A stretch of DNA of 63,952 bases, filler included, from Octopus bimaculoides (taxonomy: Eukaryota), in assembly GCF_001194135.2 (NCBI RefSeq). It is 7 parts of 7 records of this genome, joined end to end, with 100 filler letters (N's around TTAATTAATTAA, not from the genome) between each part and the next. Parts side by side here need not be neighbours in the genome. Positions count along the whole stretch, not along the records: positions 25,199 to 43,004 come from NC_068987.1; positions 43,105 to 51,117 come from NC_068986.1; positions 51,218 to 55,571 come from NC_069005.1; 4 more parts are not named here. One strand, 5' to 3'. Each line of letters begins with the position of its first letter. The first letter of the stretch is position 1. This document shows positions 39,198 through 51,317 of this stretch, one piece after another. Below the pieces are notes generated by a model that saw only the letters and a program-made list of their open reading frames with translations, did no database searches and was not told the origin of the DNA. The translations under genes and the position numbers were made by a program.

Positions 39198-39204
39198 ATA
39201 CATT

Positions 39205-39372
39205 ATATACGACAGGATTCTTTCAGTTTCCGTCTACCAGATCCACTTGCAAGGCTTTGGTCGACCCAAGGCTATAGTAGAAGACACTTGCCCAAGGTGC
39301 CACGCAGTGAGACTGTACGCGGAACCATGTAGTTGGGATGGAAGCTTCTTACCATACAGCTACGCCTGCGCC
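39205..39372 (-). mobile_element. SINE family B 5' half
   Basis: ctttcagtttccgtctacc...ggctatagtagaagacacttgcccaaggtgccacgcagt...ccatacagctacgcctgcgcc. Confidence 0.85.
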
Positions 39373-39424
39373 TATACTCGTATAGATATATATTTACACA
39401 CACACACACACACTCACTCACTCA

Positions 39425-39465
<41 letters not shown>

Positions 39466-40376
39466 GCGCACACACATTTGCATGTATGTATGGCGAGATA
39501 GGCAGGCAGACAGACGTAAAAGAAGACGGAGAGTATATATACGTGGATATCTGTCTACATGCGTCCACGTGCAAACACGTGCTGATTGAACGACACTAGA
39601 TGACAGAATCCCACCAATCACTTCGTACACTCACACACAAACACACACACACGCACGCACGCACATACACACACACACAGAGGCGCGCATACACACACGC
39701 ACACACAAAACATTTATTTGAAGTCATGTCGCAATGCCCACTTGACGTAAAAGTTTCTCCTTCGATGTCTCACGGGATGTGAGATTTAACCGAAACTTTC
39801 AAACACTAGAGAATAAAAAAAACATTAATATTAGCCGCGTTTACACTGAGTTGAGACGAATAAAATCAACAAAAATCAAAGCCGATAAGATTTCCCTAGA
39901 GTTCGATTTTCATTTTAGTTTTTACATTCCTCAATGGTCGAAGGGTTTGTCTGTGAGATTATATTAAGTAAATACCAGTGAAACATATACAAGATGATTT
40001 TATAAACAACAGACGTTCTTCACTAGAAATTTCCTCTTAGGTCTATTAAAGAAATTATAATCTATATGTTGTACTTTAAATCAAATGACTGACCTCCATT
40101 TTGTTTGCAGGTTCTTGCATTTGATCCTCTCCGCTTGGTTTAGAGGGTAGGTAGGTTAGGTGGATGGCGTTATGTCACGTTAAGTTGAGGCCAAGATGCG
40201 TGTCACGTTCCTTCATTTACTTTGAAGTCAGGTGTAATTTTCCAGTGGGGATATGTATACAGAGGAAGAAAGAAAAAAAATCATTCTCCTCTTGAGATTT
40301 CAGTCACGCGATCTTTGGCGACGAATGAATATTGATAGATGTAGCTTGGTACCCACATTGTAGTCGATTCGAACTG

Positions 40377-40407
<31 letters not shown>

Positions 40408-40436
40408 TGTATGTATGTATGTATGTATGTATGTAT

Positions 40437-40582
40437 GGCTCAGTAGTTAGAGCGTCGAGCTTGCGATCGTGAGGTTGTGAGTTCGAATCTCGGACCGGGC
40501 TGCGTGTTGTGTTCTTGAGCAAGACACTTTATTTCACGTTGCTCCAGTTCACTCAGTTGTAGAAATGAGTTGCGACGTCACA
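40437..40582 (+). mobile_element. tRNA-derived SINE family C (Meta/MESC-like core)
   Basis: A box ggctcagtagttagagc, B box gagttcgaatc, core tgttcttgagcaagacactttatttcacgttgctccagt; copies also at ~44590-44715 (-), ~53985-54195 (-) and ~57240-57320 (-). Confidence 0.85.
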
Positions 40583-40759
40583 TGTTATGTTAGAATGCTA
40601 GAACATGGAATACTGAGATAGATGCCATGAGATAACCTCTTATATGGGCTTTTTGGTGCACATAAGCACTCTTGTTTGCATCGCTAGCGGGATATAAATC
40701 ACTCGTCATCGACACCACTGAGGCTACCAGATCACATATCAGCTATTGATTCTCAGAAA

Positions 40760-42200
40760 TCCTCCCCACAAAATGCAAAGAGGCTTAAGCAAGACTACAG
40801 CAGAATCTCTTCCAAAGTTCCTTTGGAAGTGGTAGAAAGTTAAAAATAGGCATAATATGTCTTGTCCATGAAGGAGGAAGAAAGCAGGTGCCAGAAATTA
40901 TAGGCATGTCTCTCTAATCTCACGTTCCTAGAAGATATTGACTTGCTCCTAACACGCAGAATGACTTCTGCTCAGGAAGGACCTGTATTGCACAGCCTCT
41001 ACAGCATTATGTTTGGGTGTTGAAAGAACTTATGAATCGCTCAGATGTAAATGTAATATATCATGATTTTGCAAAGGTTTTTGATAAGGTTGATTGTAAG
41101 ATGATCTGTCGTAAGCTGCGAATGGTTAAATGCCTTCTTAAAAGATGGAACCCAGACTGTAGCAGCCAATGTAACCCTCTTCAAGTAGAAATTAATAGCG
41201 AGTGGAGTACCACAGGGAACTGTCTCGGGGCTGCTACTCTTTGTGATGGTCTATCTAACATGCCGTCGTTATACAAGCAGCCACTCTTACTAGCTATGTC
41301 AATGACACAAAAGTAGCAGAAACAGTCAAAAATCCTCTTGGTTCTAATCTTCTACGGAAAGATCTAAGTGCCATATATAAATGGACTGAAGAAAACAACA
41401 TACAATCTAACGCAGGAAAATTCCAAGCCATTTGCTATTAGCCAGCTTATGCTAATATGCCGCAACAAAGATCCTTTGAACCAAAAGAAGCGGCAATTCC
41501 AGAGTCAAACACAATGCATGATTTGGAGATTGATATGAGTAACTATTCATCGTTTCATGTGCATATCACCAAGATGGTAGTAATGTGCAGGTGAATAGCT
41601 GGACGGGTTCTGAAACTTTTAGATCAAGGGACCAAGAAACTACTGGTTGTCTGGATTAATAAATCTCAAATATTGTCAGCCACAGTTTCAACATAGATAG
41701 AACTCGAAGTAGCTGAGGTGGTGCTACCCCAAAAAGTGTATTACTTGAATTGCAGGGAGAGACTGAAGAAATTACGTCTCTACTTTTTGGAGCGAATTAG
41801 GGAGAGATATGCAGAGATATACCTGTACAAGATCCTAGAGGGATTGGCACCAAATATTGGCATTGTGAGTTACACCAAATTCCGAACACGAACGCCACTG
41901 CACTATTCAAAATGTCCCAGCCATCCCATCTATAGCAAGGACTGGGTACTGCAATATTTCAGGATTTAAAGACCCACAGCTTTTTAATATCATGCTAAAA
42001 AAAATCTGAGAAATTTACATGGAGTGGGGACAGATATTTTCAAGAAGCACCTTGACTTTTTGCAATCCAGCATCTCATCAACCTACATCACGGCAAGAAA
42101 CTCGAACGAAGGCAGCAATATCAGACTTCTTCATGTGCCAATACCAAACACATAGATATGGCTATTGAAATGGTGATGGTACTAGCGCTGCCTTAGCACG
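40760..42200 (+). mobile_element. Decayed CR1/L2-clade LINE reverse transcriptase
   Basis: RNYRHVSL, QNDFCSGRTC...VIYHDFAKVFDKVD, SGVPQGTV, YVNDTK (YADD-like), KDLSAIYKW, RERLKKLRLYFLERIRERY..IYLYKILEG. Confidence 0.88.
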
Positions 42201-42479
42201 GTCACATACATTAGGCTGAAAAGCATAAAAGAATAAAAGAATACATACATACATTTACACACATATATAAACATAGACGCCTAAATATATACAAAACCAC
42301 ACAGCATAATCTGAAAGCAGGGATTTCAAATATGCTACTTAAAAAATTGTATTGTTTTTATCTAAGGGAATCTTTCCACGATATCGTGATATTTCGAGAA
42401 TTGCTTCTCAGTTCAGTTCTTATTTTGTAGTGTTTACCCAATATACTTATCTCAAAACACCGATACACTACTATACATG

Positions 42480-42680
42480 CACATGCACACTCGTCTCTTC
42501 TCATTTCTTAACTCCCATTCCCACTCGGCTTCTAAACCTTCACCCGTTGTTTTTTTTTTCTGATCCACTTTACTGCTTCTCACTCCCATAAACTTTTCTC
42601 CTACTTCTGACGAAGCACTAACGTCAAAAGTATTGAGAGTCTTTCGCCTCCTTCAAGTGTTAAACTAATACCGGTTTTGA
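42480..42680 (+). mobile_element. Possible Penelope-like pLTR remnant
   Basis: cttctgacgaagc...gtgttaaactaata resembles recalled PLE ends with a CUGACGA hammerhead core; the GAAAC part is not intact. Confidence 0.3.
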
Positions 42681-42686
42681 TATATA

Positions 42687-43005
42687 CAGGGGCTGGACAA
42701 AATAATGGAAACACCCTAAAATTTCAAACAAATTTATTTTAATATGGGGTAGGACCGCCTTAGGCAGTAATTACAGCTTGAATTCTACGAAATATGCACT
42801 CATACAAAGTTTGAATTATTTTCAAATAAATTTTTGTCCATTCTTCAGCTAAAACAGTTTCCAGTTCTTGTAGTGATGATGGTGGAGGATATCGACTCCT
42901 TGTTTTTCTAAAATGCACCTTAAATGTTCAATAATATTGAGATCTGGGGACTGTGGTGGCCAGATAAGATGTTCAACTTCACTAGAATGTTCCTCGTGCC
43001 ATTCN
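42687..43005 (-). mobile_element. Tc1-like transposon 3' end with TIR
   Basis: TA followed by TIR caggggctggacaaaataatggaaacacc; the minus strand encodes HLIWPPQSPDLNIIEHL...EEWTKI...RRIQAVI. Confidence 0.9.
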
Positions 43006-44285
43006 NNNNNNNNNNNNNNNNNNNNNNNNNNNNNNNNNNNNNNNNNNNTTAATTAATTAANNNNNNNNNNNNNNNNNNNNNNNNNNNNNNNNNNNNNNNN
43101 NNNNTATATGCCAGATAGTGGCAGAGGTGAGAGAATATATCAAACATAAATTGAAAACAGAACACAAAGGATATCGCGGTACACGTGTTTCAAGCTTTAT
43201 AAACAATCTGTTATTACATCAGCATAGGTATATTATTGATATAAAAGATGGTTTAAAGCTCTCTTCAGCCGCCGACAATTTTTAGTCCAAAGATTACATC
43301 ACAAAAGAAAATGTACACTTGGTATTATCCATTATAATAGGTTTATCACATCCTTTTAAAAAGGTATATTTGTATGGAAGTTCGTTGGATTTCAAAAATC
43401 TGCCCATATTGTACCACTATTCAGCATAGAGTCTGTATGTATGTACGTATGTATGTACGTATGTATGTATATATACATGGTGGGCTGAGTGGGAAAACGG
43501 GTATTTTTCTGTTCGAAAACCAGTGGAATACACAATACAGTTTTGAGTGCATTTGTGGTTTCATGTGTTTGCAGGGTGGCAGGGTGGGGATGGTTATGCT
43601 TAAGGTGTGTATTTCTGAGGGTTCGATTATGTGTGGGTGTGTGAATTAAGGTATGTCTGTATGTGTGTGTGTGTGTATCTGTGTTATATGTGGGCTGGTG
43701 CGTTTCTGTGTGTGTATACATGCATGTGATTTGAGCGCGGGCGTGTGTGGTGGTATGTNNNNNNNNNNNNNNNNNNNNNNNNNNNNNNNNNNNNNNNNNN
43801 NNNNNNNNNNNNNNNNNNNNNNNNNNNNNNNNNNNNNNNNNNNNNNNNNNNNNNNNNNNNNNNNNNNNNNNNNNNNNNNNNNNNNNNNNNNNNNNNNNNN
43901 NNNNNNNNNNNNNNNNNNNNNNNNNNNNNNNNNNNNNNNNNNNNNNNNNNNNNNNNNNNNNNNNNNNNNNNNNNNNNNNNNNNNNNNNNNNNNNNNNNNN
44001 NNNNNNNNNNNNNNNNNNNNNNNNNNNNNNNNNNNNNNNNNNNNNNNNNNNNNNNNNNNNNNNNNNNNNNNNNNNNNNNNNNNNNNNNNNNNNNNNNNNN
44101 NNNNNNNNNNNNNNNNNNNNNNNNNNNNNNNNNNNNNNNNNNNNNNNNNNNNNNNNNNNNNNNNNNNNNNNNNNNNNNNNNNNNNNNNNNNNNNNNNNNN
44201 NNNNNNNNNNNNNNNNNNNNNNNNNNNNNNNNNNNNNNNNNNNNNNNNNNNNNNNNNNNNNNNNNNNNNNNNNNNNNNNNNNNNN

Positions 44286-44328
<43 letters not shown>

Positions 44329-44351
44329 TTATGTATGTATGTATGTATGTA

Positions 44352-44400
44352 TATCATTGTTCAGTTTTATTTCAAGATTCCTTACCAATAAAGAAAGAAC
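44352..44400 (-). mobile_element. Extreme 3' end of the (CATA)n-tailed R4/Dong-like family
   Basis: cattgttcagttttatttcaagatt matches 5103-5127 and again abuts (TATG)n. Confidence 0.75.
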
Positions 44401-44902
44401 ACGTACAAACGCGCGCGCGAACGCATATATGAGATATGATGGTTGTCTCTTTTGGTCCGAGAGGGACGGTACTGCAATATCTTGCTGAACATCCTGCACA
44501 AATAATTCGTTTATAATGATCAAACGTTCGTGCCGCTCATTAGATTCCTCTCTCCATCAAATCGACGTTAGCCGAACAGGTGCACGGTGTACCACGTGTC
44601 AGGTGTCGACACGTGATCGTAGGGCAAGGTGAGATGAAGTGTTTTGCTCAAGAATACAACGCACCACCCGGTCCAAGAACTGAAACTATGATCTCGCTCA
44701 CAACACCACTAGGCCATGTACCCTCTGTGTGTGTGTGTGTTTGTGTGTATGTGTGTGTGGGTGTGTGCGCGCGTGTTTGTGCCACTGCACATCTTTCACA
44801 TTTTCGCTCTAGTTTGTAGACCCTCAGTTCTTTTAGCGTTTCCTAGGAGGCCGTCTGTGGCACTGAAGCAATCTATCTGTCTTTTGCTTATGGCTGCGTT
44901 CA

Positions 44903-45090
44903 AATGTTTAAGCTCCACTGTTAGTCTGATATTATGTTCAAACCATAATTGGAAGCAGTAGTCCAGACTACTAAGAACATCGGCCGGGAATCGAACCCGA
45001 GCCGCATTGGAATGTTTAAGCTCCACTGTTAGTTTGATATTATTTGGAAACCATAATTGGAAGCAGTAAGTAGTCCAGACTACTAAGAAC
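44903..45090. repeat. Tandem duplication (44903-44978 and 45011-45090) enclosing a 28-nt tRNA-Gly 3' fragment (44978-45005)
   Basis: Unit aatgtttaagctccactgttag...ccataattggaagcagta...gtccagactactaagaac occurs twice. Confidence 0.9.
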
Positions 45091-45133
45091 AAAAATTTTC
45101 CATTGGACACCCACCCAAAATATATATTTAAAC

Positions 45134-45148
45134 AAAAAAAAAAAAAAA
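45134..45148 (-). terminator. Pol III terminator (T15) of tRNA-Gly
   Basis: The A15 run on + is a T run 7 nt downstream of the tRNA 3' end. Confidence 0.85.
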
Positions 45149-45155
45149 TGCGATG

Positions 45156-45226
45156 TGCATCGGCCGGGAATCGAACCCGGGCCGCCCGCGTGGCAGGCGA
45201 GCATTCTACCACTGAACCACCGATGC
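45156..45226 (-). tRNA. trnG-GCC: tRNA-Gly(GCC)
   Basis: GCATCGGTGGTTCAGTGGTAGAATGCTCGCCTGCCACGCGGGCGGCCCGGGTTCGATTCCCGGCCGATGCA, 71 nt, paired acceptor stem, A and B boxes, GCC anticodon. Confidence 0.97.
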
Positions 45227-45719
45227 GAGTGATTGATTTAGGGAATTTTAAGTAACAAGATGCAAACGTACTCTACAGGGTACATTGTAATTAGTTTTAG
45301 TGAGGTATTTTCCACTAAAGTTCTCAAATATTCATATTAATTATGAATTAAGATCTACGTTGTTAAGACTGTGTGCTGTGTGTCTACATGCAGTGAAATA
45401 GAAAGAAAAAGTGAGAGAAAGAGATAGAAAGAGAGAGATGAAGTACTGGATTACCAGCTCTCACAGACGCTGAGTATTTGTACAAAGATAGGATCTATCC
45501 CATCTCTCTGTGATTGAGCTGGAATAGATTCCAGAGATAATTTAATTTTATTGTATCTCAGTTCTCTCAGATCTTCGTTGAAGTTAATATGTTGTTAATA
45601 CGTAAAGACGAGATGGTGAAGTCTGTGCGATAGAGGGAGATAATCGCGTTGTGTGAACGAAGAAGGAAAAAGATTTGTTTTTCACTGAATTAGGAGACAT
45701 TTTCTAGTAAAGAGTATGT

Positions 45720-45924
45720 CAATAAGTGTAAATATAGTAGAGAGAGACAGGGGAGAGAGGGAGAGAAATAGACGGATAGAGAGTGTGATGGGAGAAGAAC
45801 GAGTGAGAAAGAGAGAGAAGAGAGATAAGAGGAAAGAGAGAAAGAGAGACTGACTGACGGGAAAGGAAAGAAATAGACAGAGTATGCCAGTAAGTGCTGA
45901 CATTGTATAATAAGAGAAAAATGG

Positions 45925-45955
<31 letters not shown>

Positions 45956-46093
45956 GGGAAGAGAGAGAAAACAGATAGAGAGCCAAAAATGGAAGAAGAA
46001 CGAGTGAGTGAATAAGAGGAGAAAGAGAAAGATGAGAAACGGAAATATAGCGTGTGAGAAAAAAAGAGGGGAAATGTGTATGAGTGTGTGTGA

Positions 46094-46135
<42 letters not shown>

Positions 46136-46140
46136 AAGGA
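45720..46140. repeat. GA-rich low-complexity region and (GA)n
   Basis: Direct reading. Confidence 0.85.
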
Positions 46141-46272
46141 AGGGGTGTTTTACTTAGTTGATTAATTTTGATTTAAGCAGACGATAAGATTAAAAACTGT
46201 GGAAGATTGACAGAAACAACGTGGAAAGTGTAGAATATATATGTTTAACTTTTACGCACCCACACGCATATA

Positions 46273-46303
<31 letters not shown>

Positions 46304-47094
46304 TGTATGTATGTATGTATGTAGAAACCGATGTATATAACAATGTACTGTATATAAAAACGCGCAACGGCACCAGCTGTAATATATTAATTTGAACACT
46401 TAATACACGCGCGCGCGCGCACATGTTGATGGATGGATGTATGGATGGATGGATGGATGGATGGATCGATCTGCTAGCAGTTCTTTGCATAATGCATGTT
46501 TGTACTTTACTCTCACCCAGCTCTCCTTCTCTCTCTCTCTCTCTCNNNNNNNNNNNNNNNNNNNNNNNNNNNNNNNNNNNNNNNNNNNNNNNNNNNNNNN
46601 NNNNNNNNNNNNNNNNNNNNNNNNNNNNNNNNNNNNNNNNNNNNNNNNNNNNNNNNNNNNNNNNNNNNNNNNNNNNNNNNNNNNNNNNNNNNNNNNNNNN
46701 NNNNNNNNNNNNNNNNNNNNNNNNNNNNNNNNNNNNNNNNNNNNNNNNNNNNNNNNNNNNNNNNNNNNNNNNNNNNNNNNNNNNNNNNNNNNNNNNNNNN
46801 NNNNNNNNNNNNNNNNNNNNNNNNNNNNNNNNNNNNNNNNNNNNNNNNNNNNNNNNNNNNNNACCACTACCACCACCGCCGCCACCAACGCCGCCGCCAC
46901 CACTACCACCACCACCGCCACCACCACTGCCACCCATTACTGAGGAGCCTTGGTTGTTTGAAATTTCATGTTATTCTTTATTTTCCAAGTTTTATTCCAG
47001 CCCTACATTATGCTGTACCTTTTCTTGTGTATTGTGTCCCTTTTCTTTGATCTCTTGTGGCTAATATAGACATTATCATTAGTATAATTACTAC

Positions 47095-47275
47095 TGGCAA
47101 AAATTTTAGCATGCTGGACAAAATGCTAAGCAGTATTTTGTCCGGTTTCCTGTCCTGAGTTCAAATTCTGCCGAAATCAACTTTGCTGATAGATTAGGTA
47201 CCAGATATACACTGGGGTCGATGTAATTGACTAGTCCCCTCCCCACAAATTTCAGGCCCTGTGCCTAGAGTAGAA
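47095..47275 (+). mobile_element. SINE family A followed by (ATT)n (47280-47345); another copy at 47348-47865 spans an N-gap
   Basis: ctgagttcaaattctgcc...ggggtcgatgtaattgact...aaatttcaggcc...agtagaa. Confidence 0.85.
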
Positions 47276-47278
47276 TGG

Positions 47279-47344
<66 letters not shown>

Positions 47345-47957
47345 GTCTAAGGCGACGAACTGGCAGAACTGATAGCACGCTCTTAAGCATTTCGTCCGTC
47401 TTTCNNNNNNNNNNNNNNNNNNNNNNNNNNNNNNNNNNNNNNNNNNNNNNNNNNNNNNNNNNNNNNNNNNNNNNNNNNNNNNNNNNNNNNNNNNNNNNNN
47501 NNNNNNNNNNNNNNNNNNNNNNNNNNNNNNNNNNNNNNNNNNNNNNNNNNNNNNNNNNNNNNNNNNNNNNNNNNNNNNNNNNNNNNNNNNNNNNNNNNNN
47601 NNNNNNNNNNNNNNNNNNNNNNNNNNNNNNNNNNNNNNNNNNNNNNNNNNNNNNNNNNNNNNNNNNNNNNNNNNNNNNNNNNNNNNNNNNNNNNNNNNNN
47701 NNNNNNNNNNNNNNNNNNNNNNNNNNNNNGCTAAGCGGTATTTCGTCAGCCGTTACGTTCTAAGTTCAAATTCCACCAAGGTCGACTTTGCCTTTCATCT
47801 TTTCGGGGTCGATGTAATCGACTATCCCCCACCCCAAATTTCAGGCCTTGTGCCTTTAGTAGAAGGTATTATTGTTGTTGTTGTTGGTGGTGTTGCCGTT
47901 GTTGTTGTTACTGATGGTGTTGTTGTTGTTGGTGTTGCCGTTGTTGTTGTTACTGAT

Positions 47958-48076
47958 GTTGTCGACCATATCACGTCGAGAACACTGGTTCTCATCTGAT
48001 GAGCAATGTCAAGCAACACCGTATCCAGTTTGTACGCAAACGGGTGAGCGCTTAGGAACCCTAGGTGCTGTAATCA
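47958..48076 (+). pseudogene. Full-length decayed 5S rRNA copy
   Basis: gaccatatcacgtcgagaacactggttctcatctgat...aagcaac...gggtgagcgcttaggaaccctaggtgctgta is collinear with metazoan 5S; many substitutions; no T-run terminator. Confidence 0.85.
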
Positions 48077-48957
48077 CAGCTATTAAAAGGCAAACAGAGA
48101 AGGATTATGAAGTATGTGAAGCTGAGAATCGCCGGGTGGGCGGTAAAGGATTAGTAATAACAATAATAATAATGGTTTGTATCAAATTTTTGGGTGTGTA
48201 CATATAGTCGACCTAAGTCTTGTGATAGAATGTTGGCTGACGGAAACTACCGAAGTCTGCCGATGTAGTGCTGGTGGCCTTTTGGATACGATAGCGAGTA
48301 ATGACAATTATCAAATTAATCCAGTTTGCAAAATTGTAAAAATAGTTATAGAGCTGAATTAATTTTGTGGGGGGAAAGAATAAACTCCAAGAGGAAAGGG
48401 ACAGCAAGTGACCCCGGTAATATGCTAGGAAAGACTTGTGTACTTGGTTATTTCCCCGGGGTAGCAGAAGTCAGAATTGATTCATCTGGGCTGTCCGCAG
48501 TCGCGATTATGCTAACTCGTTAAAAAAAATGTGGTGTTCTCTGGTTTCTTTGAGCAGTTATATTGCAGATTAGACGTGCAGAAGTTGCTAGTTCCTGACG
48601 CAAGAAGGTCTGCGAGGTATGGATGTGGCTCTGTTTAAAAACACACGAACATATTTCTTTTTCTTATCTGAGATACCAAATAAGCCTCCACCATGACGAG
48701 AAACATGAATAAGTACAACTTTGTCGGACTCATGGATTCACTATACTCGAACATCGTGGAAGGGATGTTGAAATGAAATGAAATAAACAAACAATAACAA
48801 CAATGGAGGTGCTCTAGCATGGCCACTGCTTCTTGGAGAGAAGAGGCAGAAGAATGGTCACCCACGACGCTAGCACTGTGTAGAATGAGAAGAAGAGAGA
48901 AAGCAAACGAAAGTCAGAGAAGATTCGAACTCGGTAACTGACTGGTGCATTATCTAT

Positions 48958-49505
48958 AGGCGCAGGAGTGGCTGTGTGGTAAGTAGCTTGCTTACCAACC
49001 ACATGCTTCCAGGTTCAGTCCCACTGCGTGGNNNNNNNNNNNNNNNNNNNNNNNNNNNNNNNNNNNNNNNNNNNNNNNNNNNNNNNNNNNNNNNNNNNNN
49101 NNNNNNNNNNNNNNNNNNNNNNNNNNNNNNNNNNNNNNNNNNNNNNNNNNNNNNNNNNNNNNNNNNNNNNNNNNNNNNNNNNNNNNNNNNNNNNNNNNNN
49201 NNNNNNNNNNNNNNNNNNNNNNNNNNNNNNNNNNNNNNNNNNNNNNNNNNNNNNNNNNNNNNNNNNNNNNNNNNNNNNNNNNNNNNNNNNNNNNNNNNNN
49301 NNNNNNNNNNNNNNNNNNNNNNNNNNNNNNNNNNNNNNNNNNNNNNNNNNNNNNNNNNNNNNNNNNNNNNNNNNNNNNNNNNNGACTGATAGAATAAGTT
49401 CTAGGTTTCCAAAGAATAAGTCCTGGGGTAGATTTGCTCGACTAAAGGCGGTGCTCCAGCATGGCCACAGTCACATGACTGAAACAAGTAAAAGAATAAA
49501 AGAGT
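48958..49505 (+). mobile_element. SINE family B, full length across an N-gap
   Basis: Head ggcgcaggagtggctgtgtggtaagtagcttgc...ggttcagtccca; tail gactaaaggcggtgctccagcatggcc...gaaacaagtaaaaga. Confidence 0.88.
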
Positions 49506-49544
49506 AAGCCAAACATTCTGAGGGTGGGTGTTGAGTGTTATCAA

Positions 49545-49605
49545 TCTGGTATTCCGTCGGTTACGACGACGAGGGTTCCAGTCGATGCGATCAACGGAAC
49601 AACAT
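49545..49605 (-). mobile_element. 3' tail of SINE family D
   Basis: Reverse complement matches 59185-59237 (gatcaactggaacc.tcg.cgtcgtaa.cgacg). Confidence 0.75.
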
Positions 49606-49635
49606 CTTCGTAAAACTCCACAGACACGCGTATCA

Positions 49636-49845
49636 ATTATTTACATTATTTACATTTGACGGATATTTGTCCTCCTCTTGTTTGTTGCTAACACAACGTT
49701 TCGGCTGATATACCCTCTAGCCTTCACCAGGAGGGTATATCAGCCGAAACGTTGTGTTAGCAACAAGCACGATGAGGACAAACATCCGTCAAATGTAAAT
49801 AATGTAAATAATGTACATAATTCCTCATCTCTTAAATATAGAACT
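49636..49845. mobile_element. Penelope-like pLTR inverted pair (82-bp arms, 13-nt spacer) with a hammerhead core
   Basis: Arms 49636-49717 and 49731-49812 differ at 4 positions; the minus strand reads CTGGTGA-aggct...agcc-GAAAC...cGTC. Confidence 0.75.
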
Positions 49846-50239
49846 ATATTACGCGCATCAATGTCGTTCTCAGGGAGATTCAGCATGACACAGAATGTAA
49901 CCAAAGTTAGCTCATTGAATTACAGGTACTACTCATTTTTTAATTTTTTTTTGCCAGCTGAATGGAGGAGAGCAACTTGAAATAAAGTGACTTGCTCAAG
50001 GAAACTTCTTGGCAACACGCCGAAACTTCTTACCACACAGCCACGCCTACACCATATAGATATTTCATTTCTTCACTTTGATTAACGATGCCCTCTACTG
50101 ATATTCGATGGTTGCAATCTGTACAATTTCACTGCAGTTGCACTTGCCGCAGAAACCAACGTTCTTTCGTACAAGAGATAGATAGATAAACTGGCAGACA
50201 AACAAACAGAAGGGCGGCCAGGCAGACAGGAGGACGGCT

Positions 50240-50242
50240 AGG

Positions 50243-50275
<33 letters not shown>

Positions 50276-50449
50276 GGATAGATAGATAGATAGATAGATA
50301 GATACATACATACATACATACATACATACATACATACATACATACATACATACATACAGATAATGATAGAAATGTAGACAGAGAAATAGAGAGATGGATA
50401 GATAGAGAGAGAGAAATAAAGATAGAAGTAGAAAGACAGATTGAAAGAC

Positions 50450-50508
<59 letters not shown>

Positions 50509-50510
50509 TA
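50240..50510. repeat. (GACA)(GATA)(CATA)(AT)(GA) microsatellites; a similar field at ~50920-51370
   Basis: Direct reading. Confidence 0.9.
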
Positions 50511-50954
50511 TGATAATATGTAAACGTAAGATCCAAGGATCCAGGTGTAGGAAGTTAGTAAGTTTCGATCAGTCCGGAGAAGATATAAAAGAAAAGCAAC
50601 TTTCAGAAACAATAGTAGTTTGTTGGCGCAGAAGGTTGGAAATTTTAGCCATGTGGAAGTTCGGTAAGCTGAATAAGTTATTTTATAGTTCACGGTTAGC
50701 AACTAGGGTTGCTGTGTATGCGAATGAAAATCCAAATTGAGGGAATAGAGCGGGTGAAATCCAAGCTACATATGTTTCGTAGATAGCAGGACCTCGGAAG
50801 TGATAATTATTCAATGAAGGGTACTCCACTAGTTACTCACCTGGCCGAAGATACCTTAGTTAAATGAAGGTTACATCGTCGTCAAGAGATCCCAAGTTAA
50901 CAGAAAGTAAGAAAGAGACAGATAGATAGATGAAAGCGATAAATGGATAGATAG

Positions 50955-51013
<59 letters not shown>

Positions 51014-51025
51014 TAGATAGATAGT

Positions 51026-51069
<44 letters not shown>

Positions 51070-51217
51070 AAGATAATGATAGGTAAATAGAAAGAAAGAT
51101 ATAAATATATATATATANNNNNNNNNNNNNNNNNNNNNNNNNNNNNNNNNNNNNNNNNNNNTTAATTAATTAANNNNNNNNNNNNNNNNNNNNNNNNNNN
51201 NNNNNNNNNNNNNNNNN

Positions 51218-51268
<51 letters not shown>

Positions 51269-51286
51269 ATATATATATATGTATAC

Positions 51287-51317
<31 letters not shown>

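Noticed and set aside
43108-43430. ~105-codon plus-strand frame with one stop next to a gap
   Set aside because: No recognisable motif; probably a TE relic; unresolved without a search.
48570-48620. Candidate plus-strand exon LDVQKLLVPDARRSA (also a 36-nt candidate near 40098-40133)
   Set aside because: Short, no homology recognised, and expected by chance at this splice-motif density.
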